Source: Candidatus Planktophila sp. (GTDB lineage Bacteria > Actinomycetota > Actinomycetes > Nanopelagicales > Nanopelagicaceae). From it: a stretch of 64,000 nucleotides of DNA. Made by a program: the position numbers and the translations under genes. The stretch lies in the NCBI GenBank assembly GCA_003569185.1, contig BGOJ01000001.1, positions 64,557-128,556 of the forward strand. The letters run 5' to 3'. The notes below the pieces were generated by a model. The model saw nothing but the letters and a program-made list of their open reading frames with translations. It was not told where the DNA came from and made no database searches. Shown here one piece after another: positions 33,580 through 40,117 of the stretch (the first letter of the stretch is position 1; each line of letters starts with the position of its first letter).

Positions 33580-35213
33580 ATAATGCTGCAATTTTGGCAG
33601 AGCTAGATTCTGATCAACTAGCGGTTGTAAAAGCAATAACTGGTCCAGTCTGTGTGATTGCAGGTGCTGGTACCGGTAAAACTCGAGTAATCACTAATCG
33701 AATTGCATATGCAATTAATGCCGGAGTTACCGATCCAACCAAGGTATTAGCACTTACCTTTACCGCAAAAGCTGCTGGTGAGATGCGAGCAAGATTACGC
33801 GCCCTTGGTATTTCAAATGCCAGCGCAAGAACCTTCCACTCCGCTGCGCTAAAGCAGCTTCTGTATTTTTGGCCATACGCCTTTGGTGGGCAATTTCCAT
33901 CCCTGCTAACTACCAAATCTGGCTTTATTAGCCAAGCAATTACTAGAGCGGAAGTTGCAATTCCTGCCCAGGTAAATGCGCTGCGCGAGATTGCAAGTGA
34001 AATCGAATGGGCAAAAGTTTTAGAGATCTCACCTGAAAATTATCAACAAGAGGCGATTGCTAATAACCGGTTAGTGCGATTGCCAAATAGCAAAGGGGAG
34101 TCTGAAAATCTTTCAATGATTGCCCAAGTTTATGAAGCTTATGAATCATTGAAAAAACAGGAGCGCACCTTAGATTTTGAAGATGTACTGCTGCTAACAG
34201 TTGGCATGTTGGAGGAGGATCGGGGGGTGCGCGAGCGGGTGCAGGATCAGTATCGATACTTCACCGTGGATGAGTACCAGGATGTCTCACCCTTGCAACA
34301 GCGTTTGTTAAATCTTTGGTTAGGAAGCCGGCAGGAAATTTGTGTTGTGGGGGATGCGGCTCAAACTATTTACTCATTTGCCGGTGCCACCTCAAACTTC
34401 TTACTTAACTTTCAAAATAGATTTCCAAATGCCCAAGTTTTCCGGCTCTCCCGTGGTTATCGATCCACCCCTGAGATTATCAACACTGCAAATGCAATCT
34501 TGCGCGCAGCCAATTTAGTTTCAGATCATGGCGGTGAGCTGCAATCTGCAAATGCCCATGGTGAAAAGCCTGCAGTTAATGGATTTAACTCCACACAAGA
34601 TGAGATTTCATATGTGGTGGGCGAGGTAGTTAAGAGAATTTCAGAAGGTGTGGACTCATCGCAGATCGCAGTATTGGCCAGAACCAATGCCCAGCTAGAT
34701 CAGGTTAAGTCAGCGTTAAATAATGCCAGGATCCCAAGTCAGATTAGATCAGGTGAGAGATTTTTTGATCGCACCGATGTGCGAGATGTAATGCGAATTA
34801 TACGAAGTGCCTCCGTACTGCCTTCAGAAGGTGGAGATTGGTATGCCGATTTAGTTGCAGTTCTTCGTCCATTTGGCGATGCTGATTATGTTGTGGCTTT
34901 TTTAAGATTGGCTAAAAGTATTCAAGAAAATGGTGGCAAAAATATGCGTGCCTTTTTGCGTGAAATCGAGGATCGAGCCGAACAAAATAATCCACCAACC
35001 TTGCCTGGGGTAACGCTGGCAACCTTGCATGCCGCCAAAGGATTGGAATGGAACCACCTATTTTTAATTGGGGTTTCTGAGGGCGTGCTACCAATGGGTA
35101 ATGATTTAAATGAAGAGCGACGACTATTTTATGTTGGCATCACCCGCGCAAAGGAGCGGATTCAAATCACCTATGCCGGCAAGCCCAGCGTATTTCTGGC
35201 CCAATTTAATTAA
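33570..35213 (+). CDS. uvrD2: UvrD2-like helicase lacking the C-terminal HRDC domain
   Basis: AGAGTGKT, DEYQD, HAAKGLEW, EERRLFYVGITRA; nudC-uvrD2-whiB7 synteny. Confidence 0.88.
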   Translation: MAIDNAAILAELDSDQLAVVKAITGPVCVIAGAGTGKTRVITNRIAYAINAGVTDPTKVLALTFTAKAAGEMRARLRALGISNASARTFHSAALKQLLYFWPYAFGGQFPSLLTTKSGFISQAITRAEVAIPAQVNALREIASEIEWAKVLEISPENYQQEAIANNRLVRLPNSKGESENLSMIAQVYEAYESLKKQERTLDFEDVLLLTVGMLEEDRGVRERVQDQYRYFTVDEYQDVSPLQQRLLNLWLGSRQEICVVGDAAQTIYSFAGATSNFLLNFQNRFPNAQVFRLSRGYRSTPEIINTANAILRAANLVSDHGGELQSANAHGEKPAVNGFNSTQDEISYVVGEVVKRISEGVDSSQIAVLARTNAQLDQVKSALNNARIPSQIRSGERFFDRTDVRDVMRIIRSASVLPSEGGDWYADLVAVLRPFGDADYVVAFLRLAKSIQENGGKNMRAFLREIEDRAEQNNPPTLPGVTLATLHAAKGLEWNHLFLIGVSEGVLPMGNDLNEERRLFYVGITRAKERIQITYAGKPSVFLAQFN

Positions 35214-35250
35214 GTTGCATCAAAGATAGGTCATGCTTTACTCTTGCCGA
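35203..35250 (+). promoter_or_regulatory. whiB7 promoter with AT-rich element (candidate AT-hook site)
   Basis: AATTTAATTAAG, then TTGCAT (35215-20), 18 nt, TACTCT (35239-44), 6 nt, ATG 35251. Confidence 0.65.
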
Positions 35251-35430
35251 ATGGCAAAACTAGTTAATTCACACACAGCAGTTGCACCAATTGCAGCTAC
35301 TGCTAATTGGTATGCCATCAATCCAGTCACAGCGAAATCTTCATATCGCTCAGATTGGACAAATAAGCGCTCTAATAAGGGTTTTTATACCTTTACATCA
35401 GATCGCACCCCTGGGAGCTATATCGGCTAA
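35251..35430 (+). CDS. whiB7 leader uORF (59 aa, probably leaderless)
   Basis: MAKLVNSHTAV...PGSYIG*; starts at the predicted TSS and ends just before an intrinsic terminator. Confidence 0.7.
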   Translation: MAKLVNSHTAVAPIAATANWYAINPVTAKSSYRSDWTNKRSNKGFYTFTSDRTPGSYIG

Positions 35431-35446
35431 AGTCGAGATAGAAGCC

Positions 35447-35488
35447 AAGGGGCCCGCGAATCTAATGATTCGGGGCCCTTTTTCTTTT
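35447..35488 (+). terminator. Attenuator-type intrinsic terminator in the whiB7 leader
   Basis: AAGGGGCCC-G-CGAATC-TAAT-GATTCG-G-GGGCCC-TTTTTCTTTT. Confidence 0.85.
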
Positions 35489-35568
35489 ATCTAATAACTT
35501 CCAATAAGAGCCAAGTAATTGGCATAACAAATCGAACCAAACTAAATGAAAGATAACCGAAAGGAAAG

Positions 35569-36045
35569 GTGAGAACGATGACCGTTCTCTTCAGCGAACT
35601 ACTTGTACCAGGTTGGGCACAAGGCCCAACTGCCAAAATTGGATTAAGTGATGTCACCTGGGCTTACGAGGATGCCCCAGTGATCTCCTATACCGATTAC
35701 GCCGCCAACTCAACAGCAACTAATGCTAATAAGAGTTATCAGACCAAGGTGGAGTACAAGCGCGCTGATAATCCTTTCGCTCCTGAAATTGATCAGGCTC
35801 AAAAGATTATGAGCCTGCCCTGCCACTCATCTGATCCAGAGCTCTTCTTCAGCGAACAGCCACTGGTGATTGCCCAGGCTAAGGCGCTATGCGGTAGCTG
35901 CCCCATGAAGGCAAAATGTTTGCAAGGCGCACTCTCTCGAGCTGAGCCATGCGGTGTCTGGGGAGGTGAATTATTTGATGAAGGTCAGGTAATTCAAAGT
36001 AAGCGAACACCAGGTAGACCGGCAAAGGTGGCACAAGCTAGTTAA
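35569..36045 (+). CDS. whiB7: WhiB7/WblC-like Fe-S transcriptional regulator
   Basis: C...DPELFF...CGSC...C, GVWGGE, C-terminal AT-hook-like KRTPGRP; synteny. Confidence 0.9.
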   Translation: MRTMTVLFSELLVPGWAQGPTAKIGLSDVTWAYEDAPVISYTDYAANSTATNANKSYQTKVEYKRADNPFAPEIDQAQKIMSLPCHSSDPELFFSEQPLVIAQAKALCGSCPMKAKCLQGALSRAEPCGVWGGELFDEGQVIQSKRTPGRPAKVAQAS

Positions 36046-36089
36046 ATTCAAAGAAAGTTAATAACAACTGTTAACTAGGAAGGGTTAAC

Positions 36090-36138
36090 AAAAAAGCGGT
36101 GAGGTTGGAATTAATCCAATCTCACCGCTTTTACTTTT
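36090..36138. terminator. Bidirectional intrinsic terminator
   Basis: AAAAAAGCGGTGAGGTTGGA-ATTAA-TCCAATCTCACCGCTTTT between convergent genes. Confidence 0.85.
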
Positions 36139-36155
36139 GGTTACTTGCTTAGTTA

Positions 36156-36314
36156 TTAAGCCTTACCAAGAATACGATTTACCTTTGTGCCACAAACTGG
36201 GCAGATTCCTTGTGCCATACGGCGACCAGAATCAGAGACCTTTACATGTCCTTCAAAGGAGCGCTTCTCTTTGCACTTAACGCAGTAAGCCTCACCCTTG
36301 TACTCTTCAGCCAT
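36156..36314 (-). CDS. DUF5679 small zinc-ribbon protein (52 aa)
   Basis: SD GGAGG; MAEEYKGEAYCVKCK...GICPVCGTKVNRILGKA. Confidence 0.85.
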   Translation of the reverse strand: MAEEYKGEAYCVKCKEKRSFEGHVKVSDSGRRMAQGICPVCGTKVNRILGKA

Positions 36315-36471
36315 TTTGTTCCTCCATCCGCCGCACTCTTGGGAGCATGCCGGCAAGTTCCTGCATGTGAGTACGAATGGCAACACCATACCCCTACTAA
36401 CACGCTCAACTGGGGTTTTCCACGCTTAAAATCCTAAATATTAAGTCAAAAGGAGCAAATAAGGGGTAAAA

Positions 36472-37104
36472 CTAGATATTTACGGCAGGAACAACACCTG
36501 ATCCACCACTTTGGCTTCCTAGTTCAAAACCTTCTAAAAACGCCTCACACTTTTGCTGATCGGTAAATCGATTTAAGTAATTGTAAAAATCTTGATCGTG
36601 GCCTGGAATCCTTAGATGAATTAGCTCATGAAAAATTATGTAATTCAAAACATAATTTGGTGCACCAATTAATCGATCAGAAATTCGAATTGTTCGATCA
36701 ACGGTGGTGCAGGAGCCCCATCGCTCACTCATATTGCGCCAGTTAATGCTTGCCGGTACTACATCAAAATCGGGCAGATACTTTGCTAGTAATTCCATAC
36801 CAATCTCTAGTAGCTGCAGGTCTGTTTTTCGAGATCGACCCTCCCGACGCAGCACCATTGCGATCATCTCTGGAATTATTTCCAACTCCTGCCGCTTACT
36901 CATCTTGGCTGGGATATGAATCTCAATCACACCGCCCTGGCGAAAGGCGCTAATGCTGCGCCGGCGACGTTCTTTGCGAACAACACGGTATTGCGGCAGA
37001 TCAGATGGCAGGGCAGGAAGGGCTTGGCCTCTGCGCTTGGATATTTGGGCCACAGGCGGCATTAAATCTGCAAAGAGGATTTCCTGCTCAAAGTTATCCA
37101 CCAT
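36472..37104 (-). CDS. YgjP/DUF45-like zinc metallopeptidase-domain protein
   Basis: RWGSC, IRISDRL, HELIH, downstream H(DQDF). Confidence 0.85.
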   Translation of the reverse strand: MVDNFEQEILFADLMPPVAQISKRRGQALPALPSDLPQYRVVRKERRRRSISAFRQGGVIEIHIPAKMSKRQELEIIPEMIAMVLRREGRSRKTDLQLLEIGMELLAKYLPDFDVVPASINWRNMSERWGSCTTVDRTIRISDRLIGAPNYVLNYIIFHELIHLRIPGHDQDFYNYLNRFTDQQKCEAFLEGFELGSQSGGSGVVPAVNI

Positions 37105-37155
37105 TACCTCTTCTTATCCACCATAATTGTGGGTGTCTCCACAGGTTAATCCACA
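37094..37155. promoter_or_regulatory. Cluster of DnaA-box-like 9-mers
   Basis: TTATCCACC x2 (37094, 37114), GTCTCCACA (37135), TAATCCACA (37147). Confidence 0.45.
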
Positions 37156-37334
37156 GCAGGTGGTGCAATTTTACGCAATGATTGTCGCAGTATCGGTTTT
37201 GCCATACCGCATCAGTAATGGCTTTTTATTTTATGCATAAATACAGCAGATGGAAGATGAAAAAAAATTTAAAAATACTTTTTAAAACACCATTCTAAGT
37301 TGATTCTCACCTTTGATTCCCATATGTTAGCGCC

Positions 37335-37413
37335 ACGAAGTCCCCGGATAACCGTTTCATATCTGCAAGGGGAAGGCAGATAAGAAATTGTGCGCCCGGG
37401 GATTTCGCTTTTT
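37335..37413 (+). ncRNA. Candidate small RNA (long rod-like hairpin with own promoter and U-tail)
   Basis: TTGATT-17-TATGTT promoter with upstream A-tracts; 12-bp outer stem, inner stems, AAGGGGAAG loop, TTTTT tail; no + strand ORF downstream. Confidence 0.55.
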
Positions 37414-37424
37414 AATTTAAAGCT

Positions 37425-38744
37425 TTAAATCAGACCTGATAGATCATCCGGCACAGTCACGCTATCTAAAAAGCCTTTCACATCAGATAGATCATCGGGC
37501 ATCGGTAAAAAGGCAGCATCTTCCCAACACTTATCCCGACCATCTGCGCCTTTTAAGTTTTTAACCTCACTCCAAAATGCAGATGCCTCACGCATTTTTC
37601 GAGGCGAGACTTCAAGTCCTAGTAAGTTTGCAAATAATTGTTGCATTGGTGCGTTTGTGGCTCGCCGGCGACGAGAGTTTTCAATCAATGCATTAAAGGC
37701 TGGCATGCGATCTGCGGCAACCTGTGAAATAACATGATCAATCCAACCTTCAATTAATGCCAAAGTCATCTCTAATCTAGTTAGCGCCAGCTCTTGAGCT
37801 GGTGTTTGTTGAGGTGTAAATAAGCCAGCATTTAATGCCAGGTTTATTGCTTGCGGATTATTCATATCAATCTCACCACTTGCCATCGCCTCTTCTGCTT
37901 GGCGGGTAATTGATTCGACATCAATACTTATGCCTTTGCCATAAGCGGTGATTAAATCCTTAATATAGTTTTGTAGCCAAGGTGAGTTAGCAAATAATCT
38001 AGCCGCAGCCGCCTCCCGAAGTGATAAATAGATAGCAACCTGCTCCTGGTCAATGCCTAGCCCCTCAGCCCACTCATTAATATTTTGTGGGATTAAATGT
38101 GAGCCGCTATCAGTTTTTAACAATGGAATTGCCACATCATTTGCACCAGTTATTGAGTTAGCCAACATGCCAATTCCTTGGCCCAATTGAGTAGCGATTA
38201 AAGTGCCCATAAAGCCGCGCAGGATTCGAGCCAGCATTAACTTCATCGCCTCTTGCTGAGCAGGTGATTGCTCAGTTGAGCCCATAAACTCAATTGGTAG
38301 GGAGGCGCTGGCATTAGTAATCACATTGCCTAACGCATCTGCCATTCCCAGGGCGAGAGGTTCAATTAATTGTTGCCAGCCAGTGACTGACTCATCTAAC
38401 CAATCTCGCTTTGACCAGGCACTTTGGCTTGGCATCACGGCAGCGGGAAAGAGGATCTCAGTATCTAGCCAAGTATTGGCAAGGAGTAAGGATTGATTTA
38501 ATTTTTCTTGATCTAAATTGCCAATTGGCAGGTCACCTTTGGCGGTAATTATCTTTCTAGCTATCTCACGTAAATTTGCGACCTTAATTAAACTTTGATC
38601 TGTGGCAGATTCGCCAGATTGCATGCTTTCAAAAAAAGACTTCGCACCAGCTAGGGCACCAGAATCAATTCCCATTTCTGAGAATTTCTTTAGCAGCGCA
38701 TCAAAGTCAGGCTGTCCCTCATTTGGTAAAAAGCCAAAACCCAT
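37425..38744 (-). CDS. DUF2342/zincin-like protein (Rv3195-like)
   Basis: MGFGF start, WSKRDW, LALIEGW, LLGLEVSPRKMREA; divergent from PDZ-Lon gene. Confidence 0.8.
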   Translation of the reverse strand: MGFGFLPNEGQPDFDALLKKFSEMGIDSGALAGAKSFFESMQSGESATDQSLIKVANLREIARKIITAKGDLPIGNLDQEKLNQSLLLANTWLDTEILFPAAVMPSQSAWSKRDWLDESVTGWQQLIEPLALGMADALGNVITNASASLPIEFMGSTEQSPAQQEAMKLMLARILRGFMGTLIATQLGQGIGMLANSITGANDVAIPLLKTDSGSHLIPQNINEWAEGLGIDQEQVAIYLSLREAAAARLFANSPWLQNYIKDLITAYGKGISIDVESITRQAEEAMASGEIDMNNPQAINLALNAGLFTPQQTPAQELALTRLEMTLALIEGWIDHVISQVAADRMPAFNALIENSRRRRATNAPMQQLFANLLGLEVSPRKMREASAFWSEVKNLKGADGRDKCWEDAAFLPMPDDLSDVKGFLDSVTVPDDLSGLI

Positions 38745-38841
38745 TTTGATTAACTCACCCTCTGCTTAAGATCAAAAGATAACTGATATTGATAGAACAA
38801 TAATGCCACCGATTTTCTTCCCCGCTGATTAGGATGGGGTT

Positions 38842-39018
38842 ATGAGTTCAAGCGCAGCATCCGCCCTGGTTTGGTGGTTGATCCCAATTGTGGCGGTCTC
38901 GGGGGCGATTGTTTATGGCGTTTGGATCTCAAAATATAAATCTAAGTTTGATAATCAAACCAATCGGTCGGTAAATAACTTTAAGAAATTTCAAAGCACA
39001 TTTCGACCTAAAAAATAA
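38842..39018 (+). CDS. Small single-TM protein (58 aa), absent from ORF track
   Basis: TAGGAT -10 6 nt before ATG; MSSSAASALVWWLIPIVAVSGAIVYGVWISKYK...RPKK*. Confidence 0.65.
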   Translation: MSSSAASALVWWLIPIVAVSGAIVYGVWISKYKSKFDNQTNRSVNNFKKFQSTFRPKK

Positions 39019-39036
39019 TTTAAACTACTAAATTAA

Positions 39037-40098
39037 ATGAGATCCTTACTTCCCACTCGCGGGCAAATTCCTACCCCAACTAGGCTGATCCTCACATTAT
39101 TAATTTTGGTTGCCCTATTTATTCCATCCCCATTTGTAATTCTCGCCCCAGGAACGCCACAAAACGTTTTAGGTGAGGCGATAAAAATATCTGGTACCAA
39201 AACCTATCCAACCAGTGGAAAATTATCTGTTACCTCAGTGATGGTGACTGATCCAGACTCTTATATAACTGGCTTTGATATTTTCTACGGCTGGATTGAT
39301 AACAAGCGGGCAGTACTTCCTAGGCAAGAGGTTTATCCAGATGGTGAAACCGCAGCTGAGGCGGTCAAGCAAGGGGCAGTTGAGATGAATGGATCTCAAA
39401 TTAATGCCACCGCTGCCGCACTTTCCTACCTTGGTTATAAGAGCGCTTCAAAGTTAGCAGTTGTTGATGTTAACAAAGATAGTAAGGCGCAAGATGTGAT
39501 TCTTGTAAATGACCAGGTTTTAACTATTAATGATCGTAAATTTGAAAATACAACTGAGCTATTGCAATTTTTAGATAGTAAAAAGCCAGGTGAGTTTGTA
39601 ACTGTGAAAGTTTACCGTCAAGGTGTTGGTGAATTAACTAAAAAGATCGCCCTATCTGCCAGGGAAGATGGATCAGCTTTTATCGGCATAAATATTCAAG
39701 AACAGTTTGTTTTTCCATTTGATGTAAAAATCAAATTAGAAGAGACTGGCGGACCAAGTGGTGGCTTGATCTTTGCTATTGGTGTGGTTGAGAAATTAAC
39801 TGCTGAGGATTTAATTCGATCACGAAATATTGCTGGCACCGGCACAATTACAACAACTGGAAATGTCGGACCAATCGGCGGGATTGCTGAAAAAATTATT
39901 GGCGCTAGGGAGTTTGGGGTTAACATTTTCTTCACCCCCATAGAAAACTGCCAAGATATAAGTAACAGTGAAGAGTTAGGTCAGGGTAAGGGTGAAAAGG
40001 CAATGAAAATTGTGCCGGTCGCCACACTCGCTGAGGCAATTGCAGTATTAAAACTACCTGAGAATTCCAAATTTCCGACCTGTAAAAGCTATGCCTAG
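39037..40098 (+). CDS. YlbL-like PDZ / Lon-protease-domain protein
   Basis: N-terminal TM, PDZ region, GGPSGGL (Ser), AGTGTI, GGIAEK (Lys). Confidence 0.9.
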   Translation: MRSLLPTRGQIPTPTRLILTLLILVALFIPSPFVILAPGTPQNVLGEAIKISGTKTYPTSGKLSVTSVMVTDPDSYITGFDIFYGWIDNKRAVLPRQEVYPDGETAAEAVKQGAVEMNGSQINATAAALSYLGYKSASKLAVVDVNKDSKAQDVILVNDQVLTINDRKFENTTELLQFLDSKKPGEFVTVKVYRQGVGELTKKIALSAREDGSAFIGINIQEQFVFPFDVKIKLEETGGPSGGLIFAIGVVEKLTAEDLIRSRNIAGTGTITTTGNVGPIGGIAEKIIGAREFGVNIFFTPIENCQDISNSEELGQGKGEKAMKIVPVATLAEAIAVLKLPENSKFPTCKSYA

Positions 40099-40117
40099 GA
40101 GTAGATAAGATCTGCGC

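Noticed and set aside
25457-35213. Three helicases plus nucleases as an anti-phage defence island
   Set aside because: Matches the conserved actinobacterial adnA-adnB-nudC-uvrD2-whiB7 housekeeping block
37094-37290. Chromosomal origin (oriC)
   Set aside because: No dnaA/dnaN nearby and no perfect box; kept only as a DnaA-box-like cluster
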